In this document: piece after piece, positions 1 through 14,000 of the stretch
Layout: each line of letters opens with the position of its first letter
How positions within the stretch are numbered: position 1 is the stretch's first letter
Origin: Dimorphilus gyrociliatus
Lineage: Eukaryota; Animalia; Annelida
NCBI GenBank assembly: GCA_904063045.1
Contig: CAJFCJ010000002.1
Coordinates: 3,157,891 to 3,221,890, forward strand
Direction: 5' to 3'
Length of the DNA stretch: 64,000 nt
Program-made: the position numbers and the translations under genes
Notes under the pieces: generated by a model
Database searches by the model: none
What the model was told of the DNA's origin: nothing
Seen by the model: only the letters and a program-made list of their open reading frames with translations

Positions 1-770
1 AGTCGCGCCATCTATAGTTAAGAGGATTGTTAATTTTTTAATGTTCAAAGCTTTGGGCATCAGTCTTGACTACTAATGGCTCCAATCCTCAGAGATCTTT
101 AATTCCACAGGGTGATTACAAGGCTAAATCAATGATAGTCAATTCAAATTGAGGAACTAAATAGGTTCGAGTAGTTGTTACATTCACTGTATTTTTTTTT
201 TCGATTAATCCATGCTCCTTTTGATGAAGTATAAAATGTAGTGAATTTCATGAATTGAGTAGGATTAGTCTTTTTTTTTTCAGGTATTATATTTCCAACT
301 GTAAATAAAGTTAACTTCACAGAGATTTAATTGGATCAATAGATTTTTTTTTTCTAGCGTTTGCTAGAGGTTTTGAAATAAAAATTTCATTTGCAATTCG
401 GTTGGATAATCAAACTGTAGAACTTTTTAAATTGAAAATGTAACAAACAAACTTTAACCATTGTAAACAAATATAGAAAAAGTTGATTATTTTTCTTTAA
501 TGGATTTGTATTAAATAAATACGACGCAAGCAACAGTAAATAATATCTCATTGTATACTACAATATACATATAACATGTCATGTATAAACATTCAAGTAT
601 ACATGGGGTACGTACGTATAGTTTGGTGTGTAAAATTTATATGTATAACGTAGTTACGTACATAAATACATATACTGTATATACTAATATATAGACGGGT
701 AATAAATTACAAAAATAGCAGCTCAAACAAAAAGAAATCTAACGTGACAAAGGACATAGTCAGGAGGCTA

Positions 771-2041
771 TCAGGATTCCAACGACGGAGTAAACATGTG
801 GTGAAAACATAAATCGGAATGCCTTGACTTTCTATGACAAAATGCAAACTTTACACCTGTCGGGGTCCGGAAATGACCTACTAATTGTTCATTGAAGATA
901 TTCCTTGGAAAAGTGTATAGTTGAATATCATCTATATATTTGTCATTATCGTCGATTCCGTTATAGGAGGCTGGCGGTTGAGCAACTATTGTGGTCAAAT
1001 AATTAGTTTCGAATGAGCACAGTATGTAGTGAGGAAAATAGTGAAAATCCGTAAGGAAAGATGATGGAAAATTTCTACGTTTCTTATTCCTGCTAATGTC
1101 GCCAACTAGTTTGCCATTTTTTACGTCCAGTACCCTTATAATACCCCGAGAACCAGACAAGAATACCTTATCATTAGCGACTTTCATTTCCTTAATATCT
1201 CCAATATCGTCCAAGTCGAAACGATATGTCCATTTAAATTGAAAAGCTCCGTCTAACATCTCTACAATATTATACTCCGAAGCATATCTCGTTATAATCA
1301 CTTCCTTAGAAGTAACATCCATATCGTGTAAACGCTCTTTGTCGTTTTTACAACGATAATAAATCATTCTACTGAAATCTTTAATTTTGTAAATCTCAAA
1401 ACCATTAACTTCTATGATATACAATGTATCGCCAGTCACCTTCATATCGTAGTTTTGCTCCAAATCGCATTTCCATTTTACAATCACACGTGGCTTTTTA
1501 AGACCGTCCATATCGTATTCTGTTATTTTATATAAATAATAGTCGGATAATACGTCCTCTTCCAAAACGTATATTTTCTCCTCCGTCAGAGCGACTGATT
1601 GATAATTTTCATTTAGACAGAAACTCTCATCCAATTTAGCGTCTTTCTCAATCAATCGATAAAATTTCAAATTTTCGTAACAATAATCAATACAAAACGA
1701 ACGGCTTAGAGAAGCGTCTATGGAGTTTGTCAACTTTTGCCACATATCTTTAACGTTTGAGCCAAAAGCATCGCCAATAGTAGTTTCGAAACTTTCCAAT
1801 AATTTAATATGCTGTAACAATTCGGCAAGTTGACTTTCCTTTTCATCGTAAAAAGTAATTATTCTATCTTCTAAAAAGTCCTTTTGTTTTTGAATGAATT
1901 CAATAGCCTTTTCAATATCAATATTAACATCGCTTCTTGTTCTTTGCTTTTCTTCAAACACTTTTTCAATACCTCTTAAAATAACCTTTCTTAATTCATT
2001 ACCATTTCCACCTTTAACCAACTTTTCATAATCATCTTTTG
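771..2041 (-). CDS. Terminal exon B of the RING gene, paralogous to exon A. With the RING exon it gives 522 aa.
   Basis: Acceptor tttaaacag|CA at 2042|2041 is phase 1 and the frame is open (T-KDDYEKLVKGGNGNELRKVILRGIE...). The ORF-track start is a TTG inside the exon. It aligns with exon A at both ends (LEDRI..F...KESQLAELLQHI vs LEDQI..F...KENQIGELLQQI; TGVKF...F.H.F.P). No RING-coding sequence lies in 2042-2499. Confidence 0.75.
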
Positions 2042-2499
2042 CTGTTTAAATAAGGATTCAATATTACTATACTATTGAAAAAAATTACTTATATTATTAA
2101 TGAATTAACTAATTAAAATATCAAAGAAATACGTGTGTATGTGTATATATATTAATATATATAATTATATATATATACATGTTTGTTTGTGTGTGTGTAA
2201 TATCTCAATATAACATGTACAGAACTAGATACAAAAAGAAGTTTTTGGTTGTTGTTGTTGTTTTTAAAATTTATACTTGTTTCCCTTCTTAATATAAAAA
2301 CAAAATAGTTAAATTATTAGAAACTCTAAAAATAAACCAAAATTAAAATAAAAAATATATAAAAAAGAAAACAAATGAAGGAGAAAAGAAACGAAAAAAA
2401 TGATGTGAATTAATTTACATAATGTTTTTTTGTTGCTTTCACTACCTAATACATATATATAGGCGTATGTGTGTGCTTTTTTATCCTTTTTTTGTCATT

Positions 2500-3752
2500 T
2501 TAAACTGATATTGGGTTAAACGTATGACGAAAGACGATTTTTAAAGTATTTGAGGCGTGTTGTTGTCCAATTAGAAATTTTACTCCAGTCTGAGTTAAAA
2601 AGTATCCCAAGACAGTTCCTTTTGTAAAAATTCTCTCAAATGTTAATATATGAAAGTCTTCATTTTTTTCTGCCGTTTTTATAATTCTTGCTAAAACGAT
2701 AATGCTATCTTTTTCGAATAGTGCACAATCAATTGTTAACTTTAAAGAATCGAGATTTGATAGTTCCGATAATGGACGCCTGACTTCGGTATGAGATAAT
2801 TGAATTTCTTGAAACTTGTTACCATTCTCCATTAGTACTATGTAAACTGTTTTATTAGAACCAAGTATGAACAGTAGTTCTCTTGATACTTGCATCTGCT
2901 CTACAGTTTCCATTTTATCATCCATGGTTGCTACCCAATCAACACCTAATGGATCTGATATTTTAACAATGTCATTTTGATTATCCTTTTTACCGTTACA
3001 GATAATTCCAGATTTAAATGATACTATTCTTTTACATTCGTAGCCGTTTTTCACTTCGAAAAATATCTCCAGCTGTTTATTAGCTTTTTTCACTTTCAGA
3101 CATTTTACACCGTTGATTTTCATTACGTAAACAGCTCTACCAACAGCAGCCATTTGATAATCGGCCCTTTCACCTTTCCATTCGGCAATATCAGCTGGTT
3201 CATTTTGTAATCTTATTCCATACTCTCTTATCTTGTAAAAATAATCTTCCATTTTCTTCTCTTCCATCAAAACATATAAAGATTTACTTGTACAAGTTAA
3301 TGTTTGATATTCCCTTGGTATATAGAAACTTCCAACTGGTTTATCTTCTACAGTAGAAAAGTTACCAAATTGAAATTTGTCAGTGTTCATAAAACTTCTG
3401 AAAAAGCAATCATATCCTAAAGACGAATCTATAAGATTCTTCAATTTTACTCTAATCTCATCAGTTTCGCTTTGAAAATCATCACCAACTCCCGATTCGA
3501 ATGAATCAAGCATTCTAATCTGTTGTAAAAGTTCACCTATTTGATTTTCCTTGTGCGAGAAAAATGATCTAATTTGATCTTCCAATAGGATCTTGTGCTT
3601 TTTAATAAGTAATAATAATTTTGATTCTTCGTCATTAATTGATTCAATAAGATTCTCCTTGTTACAAGCTATCCTCTCTAAGCCTTTTAAAACAATCTCC
3701 TCCATATTTTTTCCATTTTCTCCTTGAGGTAGTAATAGACTATAGCCGTCCG
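2500..3752 (-). CDS. Terminal exon A of the RING gene: coiled-coil plus beta-strand repeat (putative beta-propeller). With the RING exon it gives 516 aa.
   Basis: Acceptor tttag|CG at 3753|3752 is phase 1 and the frame is open to the stop at 2500 (T-DGYSLLLPQGENGKNMEEIVLKGLE...). 298+1253 nt = 517 codons. Helical N-terminal part, then repeated short hydrophobic strands such as QMQVSRELLFILGSNKTVYIVL. Confidence 0.8.
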
Positions 3753-4070
3753 CTAAATTATATAATTCTTGAATTAAATCTCTTTTTGGTTTTTTTTTGT
3801 GTCAAATTTCTTTCGTACAAACGTTTAACTAGGTTTGTCAAATAGATAAGAATTATATGGATAATAGGAAATATAATCGTGTTAAACATTTTAACTATAT
3901 AAAGTATTCTTTTTTATCAACTTTTGACTCGGTTAATGGCCAATGAGTTAACGTTGTTACTCAACTACAGTTATAAAAGACTAATTAGTTCATTTGTTAA
4001 GAATGTATATATATTCTTTTATCTTATTTAGACAATAGTCTAGCTCTTTCTCTTAAAAATGTACACTTAC

Positions 4071-4368
4071 TTGATATTTCTTCTTCACAAGTCTCAATAT
4101 CTTGAAATATTGGTAAACGGCTAAATCCGTTTACTCCATTTTCAGGCCAAATATGTGCTTTTCGACAAACTGGACAATGAAATTCGTCCCCAGTTTTTAA
4201 TTTATTCTTTTTGGAGAAAAGAACAAGGCAGTCAGCGCAGAAAATATGCGCCACTTGACATGGTAAACAATGTGGACTTCTCTCAATCCAAGAATATGAA
4301 CATATAGCGCAATTGGAACCTTTTCTGGATATAGTTGTCTTTGAAGTCTCCATGACGACTTTTCTCAT
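4071..4368 (-). CDS. First coding exon of a TRIM-like RING E3 ligase (C3HC4 RING), shared by two alternative terminal exons
   Basis: The ORF encodes CAIC...LPCQVAHIFCADC...CPVC followed by WPENGVNGF, resembling the post-RING motif of TRIM proteins. ATG at 4368 has an in-frame TGA just upstream. A consensus donor A|GTAAGT at 4071|4070 is phase 1, so the ORF-track tail to 4024 is intron. Confidence 0.85.
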
Positions 4369-4473
4369 ACTTCTTCAAATGATTTCAAACAGCGTTTGTT
4401 CTTCAAACAAACTTTTCTTTTTTCAATTGTACTATAAAACACCAGATCAATTAATGACACTCTCTGCATGAGC

Positions 4474-4480
<7 letters not shown>

Positions 4481-4507
<27 letters not shown>
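4481..4507. repeat. (AT)n microsatellite
   Basis: About 13 AT units, read directly. Confidence 0.95.
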
Positions 4508-5011
4508 AGGAAAACTTTTTGAGCATTATCACTAATACTCAATTTTTTATTATTCAAATACTCAAGTTTTTAACTAAATCATCTGAAATATTATAGAGAA
4601 GCGTACAGTTAAAAAAAAAATCTATATAGGCCAAATAAATACAATTGTTTTTGAGTAGTTATAAATAGTTATAAAGATCTATACCCTTTGCTTTAGCTTA
4701 ACTTTCTCTTTTGTATATATTTTTAAATAAATTTTTACGATTTAATTGGTACTCGAAAGAGGGGCGTTTCACCTTCACTTTTATTTAAATGATTTCCTGT
4801 AATTAATAGGTGAAAATTGATTATTTTTCTAATAAAAATAGATATATGTATATAAAACTATAAGAATAAGAGACAACGTCTATAAAATAGAGAGTCCGGG
4901 AAGAAAAAAGGCAAATTAAAAAAAACACTGTACTTTTTAGTTTTTTAAGTGGAAAAAATGTAAATCACATAGTGAATTTATATATCTTAACTAAAAACCA
5001 GCGGTAAGTTA

Positions 5012-5017
5012 TATACA

Positions 5018-5059
<42 letters not shown>

Positions 5060-5157
5060 CAAATTTCTCTGCTTAAAGTAAAAGAGGAAGGGATAAATAT
5101 TTACTGGTAAACGATTTAATTGTTATCAATTTGGTTATACAGTATATATACTGTATA
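5012..5157. mobile_element. Cluster of putative Tc1/mariner excision footprints (TA-CAG-TA, TA-CTG-TA) within and next to a (TA)19 tract
   Basis: TATACAGTATA at 5012 and the perfect palindrome TATACAGTATATATACTGTATA at 5136-5157. The same motif recurs across the window (see findings). Confidence 0.5.
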
Positions 5158-5998
5158 ATGGAAGTGTATTACTTGTAATATATTTGCAAACCATACGTTG
5201 GGGAAAAAATTTTTTATCTCGTTACGATCTTCCTTCATTTATTAGACTATTTAAAATAGCTTAATATTTTCATACATGGTCAAAAGTACAAATGGAAGGC
5301 TGCTCAAAGACACTAATTATATTTTAATTATCCGTAAAAGTATTCTGTATATTGATAAATAACAGAAGAAAATTCCACAACCCACTGATAACATCTAAAA
5401 TGTTGTTCTATTTATGCTTAATAGTTCTCATAACATTAGCTTTTGCCAAGAGAGAATAACGGTTCCGAAAGGCGAAGGTCGAAGAAACATACGTAAAAAA
5501 TATTGTACTACCGTAATCAGAGTTTATGCGATTTAGCCAATATTCATCTGACAGTCAGTATTATCCAATTATAGCTATCTACTCTTGCAAATATCGACAG
5601 ATTAGCCAAAAATACACATTGATATTTTTTCAATTGTGATGAAATGTTATTTTATCTTTTTTGATTTAACTGTTTGTTTGTTTTGTCATCTCTTTTGGTA
5701 CATCTTAGATATAATCTCTGAATTTCAAACAGGAAATAACATTCCGCAATTTTATTTTCTCGTTTTTCTTAATTCCTCGTTACGTGGCAATTTATAACAA
5801 AAAAAAAACAGTCAAAAATATGTTATCATCCAAAGTAAAATGAACAACATGATCTAATAATTAACGACAGAACTAAATCACTAAAATCTAATTTTACGTA
5901 ACAACGTATAAAACTATATATTAATCCGACACTATCACTTTAAAAATGAATATGCGGACTTATTTCAATCATTTTTAAAAGTTATCACTTGTACTTTT

Positions 5999-8538
5999 CT
6001 AACTACCATTTTGACCTTGGTCCTCTTCAGTTTTTATTTTACGGAGATGATTGTACACATTTGATTTTTTGTGCTCTTTTAGGTAATCGTGCCCAAATTC
6101 TTCGTACATCTTGCTATCAATTTTGGCAGAATTAAAATCTTCAGAACGACCCCATTTGCAGGCACCTTTGAAAGCAGATAAAGACGGTTCATTCGCAATA
6201 TACACTTTGAACTCTGTTCCACTCGGTAATTCTCGACGAATATCTACTTCTAAGCGCTCTTTAAGACCTAGTATACTACCACATCCTCCAGTAACATATA
6301 TACACTTTGCTACTCTTTCCATTTGTTCTTTGGCAAGCAGCTTTCGCATTATATACGAAATAGTATCACTAATGCCGGATTGATCTACCCCCAAGATAGC
6401 AGCAGGTTGAAAGAGAACCTCTGTTGATCTGATTTGCTGAGTGGCAACATGAATTCTATAGTATTCAGCGACATCAGTTTGAGTTGGGCTATTAGATCTA
6501 TTGAACAAACATTAAAGAAATTTATGTGAAATTATTTTAATCGAACCTTGAGTAATCAGGATCATATTCTCTTAGGTGATTATCTATCTCGTCTAACTTA
6601 GTTTGCTCCTCTTCAGAATCGCTGTGACCAGTGTCCTTATTCTAAGATATAAAAATGAATCGCGTTAATTAATAATTAGTTTTTTATTTTAATTTTAGAG
6701 CTTACAATTTCCTTATAAACGTCCCAATCATCATCCCTTTGTCCGAAAGTATCTGCTTTCTTACCTTGGCCTGCAGCCAGTTCACTAAGAATTCTCATTC
6801 TTTGCTGTGAGGCATGAGTTCTTCTTTTAGCACTCTCTATTCGATGCTGTCTTCTCTTCTCTCTTCTTTCAATAAGCTCTGTCTTTTGTTTCTTCAAATC
6901 CTTTACATAACTTTCTACTTCATCTTCAGGTATTAAATTCTTTTTTGAAGTTTGTGAGACAGCTGGAGCTGGCTTAACGCCATTTTCAACTTCTTCTAAT
7001 TTAGATCTTACAGAATTTATGGAATTGTTCAACTTATTTATTTCATGACCCAATTCAGCTCTGGATGCCAATCCTAGGTCATGTAAGCTTTTCAAAAATA
7101 TATCTTCGTCTTCTTCGTCAAGTTCTTGAATAGTAATAAGTTTATTTAATTTTTGTACATCTTCCTCGAGTTTTGCTCTTCTCCTTTTGACATTCATTTG
7201 TCTCAAACGCTCTGCTTGTACTTCCTTTTTCTTTCTAGCTTCTTCCACATTAATAGCACTTTGAGCATGGGCAGTAAAAGGCAACTGATACTTGGCAACA
7301 ACTGATTCATAATAATCCGGATCATTCCACTTAATAATTTCTTCGTTATAGCATTCTACAAATTTAGCGTGTTTTCTAACTAAATATTCTGCGCGACTTA
7401 AACTCATAGATGTTGCGAGAGGTGGGTGAGCTAATTGGAGTAATCGTAACATTACATAATCCACGTGAGCTCCACCTACATTTATCCTTCTAACGCTATT
7501 GAGCAGCATTTTGCCATCCAGTATTGGAATAACGTGACAGCAATTATATCCAATAGATACAACCAAAGCATCTTCCACCATGCTCTGTTCATGAAAGAAA
7601 CTATACAAAGCATCTATACCGTACGATACACTAGGAACATTATAACATTCGAAAAGGAGTTCATTCATCTGTTGACGACAGTAATTCGGATTGCAAATAG
7701 TTTCTGTCATTACAATAGGGTGGGTAACACTTGATGACGTGATAGAGAGTCGTTCAAATATATGATCGAGTATTTCCTCCTCAAAATCGTACTGGGTCAC
7801 AATATCTCTATCGAAAGGTGTTCTCAATTGCCATCTAACCAACTCCACATTTGGTATATCATTACCAACAATGTCCTATGAGAAAGATAGCATTTTATAT
7901 GATATTAAATAGAAATCAAACTGGTGATAGATGTACTTTCGATATTGACTTTTAGACTACTATAAAAAAGTAAAGCATAAAAAAACACAATTTAATAAAA
8001 AAAAAAACTAAATTTTGCTGTAATATCCTAATATCAAATTATCAGAGAAATAAAAGAAGCTAGTTGAAGGGATTTCTCATGTATTTAATTCTAATTTGTC
8101 TTGAAACGGGAATTATTTACGAAATTTTTTCAAGGTAAAATTTAGCATTATCTGTAGCATTATTTGCATGCGAACGAATCAATTGAACTGTCACGCTCTG
8201 TTTCACTAAATTGACTAAACAAAAGGCGATGTTAAATAGTCTTATTTAGAAGAAAGAATGATTAGTTATATAAAGTTGTATAATACATACGGGTTTGCCT
8301 TTCTGTCTACATATTACACTTTTAAAAACCATGTGTGGCTCGTCGTCATGAGCGTAACCTGCCCTGCATTTGAATGTACCTGCAATTGGAAAAAAATTTC
8401 ATTTCTCAGAATAGAAAAATTTACTTTATAAGTTAGTTTTTTACCATTGTCAATTACGATGGGAATATGATTTCCAGGCCTATTCTTATAAACTGGATCC
8501 GGAATAGATTTTTCATCATCAAAAGTACATATAGACAT
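5999..8538 (-). CDS. ACTR5: Actin-related protein 5 (INO80 complex), 5 exons, about 648 aa: 8445-8538, 8291-8379, 6706-7875, 6547-6641, 5999-6497
   Basis: Actin-fold motifs PIVIDNG|TFKCRAG, LRTPFDRD, HPIVMTE..CNP.Y.RQ.M.ELLFECY, GIDALYSF and the ARP5-type charged insert. All junctions are GT-AG with consistent phases (1,0,0,2), and the 1947 nt total is divisible by 3. Confidence 0.95.
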
Positions 8539-11063
8539 TCCAGATCGGATAGAAAAATTCTTTATAGACTCATCAGTTTAACAATATAGAACAAAGCAGA
8601 CAGAGATCAAGAGCGATAATAGAAATCAAGAAATATACATCAAAATGTTAGGTGATCGTCTTTACATTTACAAGACTGATAAAAGCTGTGGAACTGGTGC
8701 CTGTTTAAAATTACAAGCAATCACCGCCTTACTAACAAATGGACGGAAAATTTCTGGCCAATCAGTGCAGCTGTAAGACACGCCATCACTCCTAACTTCT
8801 TGCGAGATTTTAAATGTAAATATTGGGAGTTTGAAGATTTTTGCTGCCTCAGGGACAAGGAACAAAAGTGTAAGTTATTTTTTCCATATACTTAATATAT
8901 AATTTTTATTCTGAGCATGTTTTTGCAATGGTAAGCAAATACTAAGCTGTTATGCAAACATGCTAAATTGATCATTGAAGACCTATCAAATATTAGCTAC
9001 CGGTCACAAGGGATTATATTAAATAGTTTTCACTTAGATTTTCCCAAGGTTCGTTGATTTATGAATGCATCATCCTCTTATCAAATAATCATAGGCCCTC
9101 ACATCCGTTTGCAAACCAATAAATTATTGTAAAAACGTCTAGTATTGAAATCACCGTTTTTTTACGCGGTTTTACATTTGTAAAATGACCCCGACTACCG
9201 TCTAAGGGCCTATTGTTAACGTCCAAATTCGCTGGACCCTTGAATAGGTGTCATCACATTCAGTTGAAGTTTGCCGGTTGAAAGGAACGTAGTTAGGAGG
9301 AGTCTTTGATAGTCTAAATTTTCGGCTAAACATTAAATGAGGTATTGAGCGATTTTTTTTCTAATTCTTTTTTTCATTTCATCTGATCTGTCAATATCCT
9401 AGTTACTGATAGCACTTTGATGTTTCGAGTGGGGCATTAAGCGTACAATTTGTTTTGAACTCTATTGCGGCGAGTGCCTCAAAATTTGAAAACCGCCAAA
9501 TTTGTTTTAGCTATTTACGATTCGCTGTAAAACGCTATTGTTTAAATATACTGAACGTTTCAGATAATTTACATTTCTTTTGAATAATACCGTTAAGATA
9601 AAAAAATATATTTATCACGTGTTCATGAAATATAAGCAATAAAAAGAGTGGCTTTACTGTTAAAACTACCGGTTAAAGTAAAACTTGATCTTATTTATAT
9701 TAATTCAAAAATATCGGTTATACTGTGTAAATTATTTAAACTGAAAAGAAATTCCTGTTCGATAGAAGTCATTCAACATAAGTAAATGGGTATTATTAGA
9801 TCTTTTTTTAGCAATAAATGAAATAGATAACATAAAATAGTACTACCTATTTTACTTTATTGTATAGAATGTGAAATTCACTATCACTTTCTTTCTATAT
9901 TTGAAATAAGGAAATTTAAACTTTCTTTGGATAATAGCTATCAAAATATCTCAAGGTGGTATTCGGGCGCTCGCTCTTTCATTTCTTCTTCCTTCCGCTT
10001 GAAGTAAACATTTTATTCATCATCGGGTCAATTCACTATCATTCCTTTTATATAAACGTTCAGATCTTTTAATTTGACACCCCATTCCTCAATCACTTAA
10101 TAACCACCATTGTAAACGATTTATAACAGTCGATATAATTTAAAATACGGTCGGGTGAATATGTGTAATTTTAGGGAGTATTTCCTCACGTTATTACTGA
10201 CGCCGCTGGATGTCCTTTCGGTGTTTAACCTTCTATTATACCTCTCGCTGCGTTCCAGCAAGATTTTCAATATATGAAAGGAAAATCAATACTTTAGGGG
10301 AAAGTTTACAGAAATAGTGAAAGATGGGATTTAACATAGTTGTCCGTGTTCATAGAAAGAGATTTGTTTGGCTATAATTCTTATTCAGTAATTGTATAAA
10401 CATAGACATCACGGCCGAATTGCAAAGGCGTCTAAAATTAGGTAATCAATTGTGGCATAAGGTTTATTCTTTGTTAATGGCAGGTAGAAATAAGCCTATT
10501 AACTAATATTTGTCAAGGGTAAAGTAATCATTGTCAGTTGATAAGCGTCCATTGAGAGTCTGTTATTTTTTCGGACGCCACATCTGCGTCTGGCCGGCAG
10601 CTGGGTATTTAAAATAGTCACTGGTAGGCCTTTAATTCTGTTACGTAATAGAAAAGACGTTTATTGAGTCTTACGTTTCATCTCACATTGAACCTTAGAG
10701 GGGAGCATAAAAAGAGGTTGGCGACGCAACAAGCACACGAAAAAGAGTTGATTTAACGACGGGATGCCACTGTTATCGGTGGTATTGTAAAGAACAACAC
10801 TATTTAGAGTGATTAATTCTTAACAACTTGCCGACCAATTAACGAGTAATATAGAAGTCGTCGGCACCTTTGGCACATGGAGTGTGCACGATAATTTGAA
10901 TTCACTTCCTGTAATTTTATCGCCGGCTTTTACAACGTGCGAAATTTTTTCTCCATTTGATGTCTTGTCAGCTTTTTTATATATCTTATGTAAAAAGAGA
11001 AAACCGACGCCTAAACGTTAATTTCTTGTTTTTTTTGCTTGCAGATTCGTTAAGGTAGACACA

Positions 11064-14000
11064 ATGCCCAGTTCAAGTGGTATAGAAGATTATGATGTTA
11101 TAGAACAAATCGGCTCCGGTTCTTACGGAACTTGTTCTAAGGTTCGGCGGAAACGTGACAATCGAATTTTGGTATGGAAGGAAATGGAATATGGAGGAAT
11201 GACCGAAACCGAAAAACAGATGCTTGTCTCTGAAGTAAACTTATTAAGAGAACTCCGCCATGAACACATTGTCCGTTATCACGATAGAATTATAGATAGA
11301 TCAAGATATGTCCTGTATATAGTAATGGAATTTTGCGAAGGCGGTGATTTATCGTCTATAATAGGAAAGTGCAAAAGAGATGGAGAGTTTGTTAGCGAAG
11401 ACTTCGTATGGAAGATGTGCGTTCATTTATCATCAGCTCTCCAATTTTGCCATAATCGATGTATAAGGGGAGGACGTTCTATATTGCACAGAGACTTGAA
11501 ACCTGCTAATATTTTCTTGGATTCTGAACAAAACGCAAAATTGGGTGATTTTGGTCTGGCTAGAGTACTTAATCATGATAATTCCTTCGCCAGAACCTTT
11601 GTTGGAACTCCATACTATATGAGTCCTGAGCAGGTAACCGAAGTAATTTTATCAATAGCATTCATTTAGAAAAGTAATCAATTTTAGCATGAAAGTCTTC
11701 TAAAATAAACATCCGAAATGTTTCACTTGATCATGTAGCATGATTATTTCAGTGGAACTTTCGAGAGAAACCCTAATTATGTTGACATTTTACCATCAAA
11801 TTAAGGTTTCAGACAATGAATTAATGAGTCAGCCACCTGTCGGAATATATAAATGCCTTTTCTTCTATAAACCTATATTAATATGTTTTAATTGAATTGC
11901 AATATTAATAAAAATAACTTTCGACAGATGAACTGTATGACATATAATGAAAAGTCGGATGTTTGGTCTCTTGGTTGTTTATTGTATGAGTTATGCAGCC
12001 TTCGCCCGCCTTTCACGGCGTCTAATCAGAAAGAGTTAGCCTCAAAAATTTGTAAAGGAAAATTTCCCAGAATTCCACATCAGTTCTCAGACGATTTAAA
12101 CAACTTGATTGCGGCTCTGTTACGCGTAGAAGATTATAAAAGACCAACTATTGATCAAGTTTTAGACCATCCCTTATTGATAAAAAACGGAGGTGGATAT
12201 CTACAACTTTTACAGAAAAAGAGTTCTGGCTCTTCGGTTTCAAGTATGAAAGACTCGGGAGACGATAAGCAAAGGAGTTTAGAATTCAAACATTGGGAGG
12301 AATCTTTAAGATCGAGAGAGGAAGCTTTAAAAGAAAAAGAAGAATTGTTGAGAAAAAGAGACGAGCATATTCGTTTAAAAGAGATAAGGATTTCTCAAAG
12401 GGAAAATGACGTAGAAAGTGAGTAGTCTAGTCTCATTGCGAATATAGTATTTAGTACATTTAAAGTATTTTCTTAATAGCTTTTAAGGGTATTTTCGTGT
12501 GCGGAATTAAGGTTAAAAAAACACATTTAGAGATCACATTGTGTATTGATGGTCAAGCAATTTTAAATTCCTGCAAGCGACCCATAACGTTTGAGGGCAC
12601 GGGAGGAGAATTGATTAAATCAGTAATATATTTTTAGAAATATTAAAAGAGAATAGAGAAGAAAGTATTTCAAAATCGTAAAGTTTTTATAGTTTAATAC
12701 GTAGGTAAAAAATACCTTAAAATAGTACAATATATATATATTAGTATATATATATATATATATATTGTATATACTTTATATATCATTATTTACACCAATT
12801 TTACTGTTATTTTATAACGTAATTCTGCATATGTTTACTTTTTATTTTATTTCCGAAAGGCTTCTTTTTTTTTATATAAAACTGAACTACATATTGTATA
12901 TATACTTATTAAAGTTGTTATAAAGGCTAAAAACAACTTATTATTCTTTAGAAATGTTTTTAATCTTGTACATATTAAGCTATAAAAAATGTTATACTTA
13001 ACGTTGTATAATCTACAAAATTTGTTAAGGAAAAAGCTTTAGTTGATTTCTTTATATTTATTGATTAACGTGTGTATTTTATTATATGTTTGTATTCGAT
13101 TAGCTGAAAGAACGCAATTTTTTCACCTTATTTGTGAAGGTAAATTAAAAAAAACAGTTATAAATTTAGTAGACAATTGGAATATGATTATCTTTCCAAA
13201 CACGGCTTAACTTTTTGTTATTTTTAATTTATGCCGGGTCTAATGGATTGTTTGGTTTAAAGAATAATGTTTAGGTCTTTTTAAAGATCTCCCCCTCCGC
13301 TCTCTTTGTCAATGAAGAGACCCAGCAATAGATTTAAGAAATTTTTCTCCTGGGATATTATCTACTGAATCAACGTAAATTGAAACCAATTTGATAGGAG
13401 GGTTTAATTTGATACTTTTTTTAATACTTTATATTACGGCTTAGCAAGTAGAATAGTTTGAATAGGAAAATGTTTGAATTATTTTAAATTCCAATGGCGG
13501 TACTTAATATCTAACATGACAAAATATTCTTTCAGGAAAAGAGGCTGCTTTGTTAAGTCGCGAAAGATTAATCGAAGATCGGTTAATAAGAGTGGACAAA
13601 GTTTCTAAATCGGCTACAGGTAGACGGCATGTGTCATCTAGTTCTTCGTCTTGCAGTACTAATTCAGCTCGTAGAATTAGTAACATAGGGACGCCTGAAT
13701 TTGTTAAAACCCCTTCGCCTAATTCTAAACCTCCTAGAATATCTCTATTTCGTAAACCCTTGGCAACTTTGAACAATGATCGGAAGATTCGTTCAGCCCG
13801 TAGATAGTATGCTTTTGCAAGTAGAAGTGCTTTCAATAACTTTCATTCTATATAAATTTTTTATTTTACAGCAATATTTTGTATTGTATATTTTAACTAT
13901 TTTATTTTTTAACATTTCTTTTTAGAAAGAATCTTTTACGACTGTAAAGCGTCGATTAATAAAACTAAAAAAAGAGAAAAATAAACTTAAAATATGTCTA

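Noticed and set aside
6111-7734. Plus-strand ORFs 6111-6383 and 7465-7734
   Set aside because: Antisense shadows of ARP5 exons.
10835-10900. CCAAT box and CHR-like TTTGAA upstream of NEK2
   Set aside because: Plausible for a G2/M gene, but both motifs are expected many times by chance here and the TSS is unknown.
13504-13836. 110-aa minus-strand ORF
   Set aside because: Antisense shadow of NEK2 exon 3.
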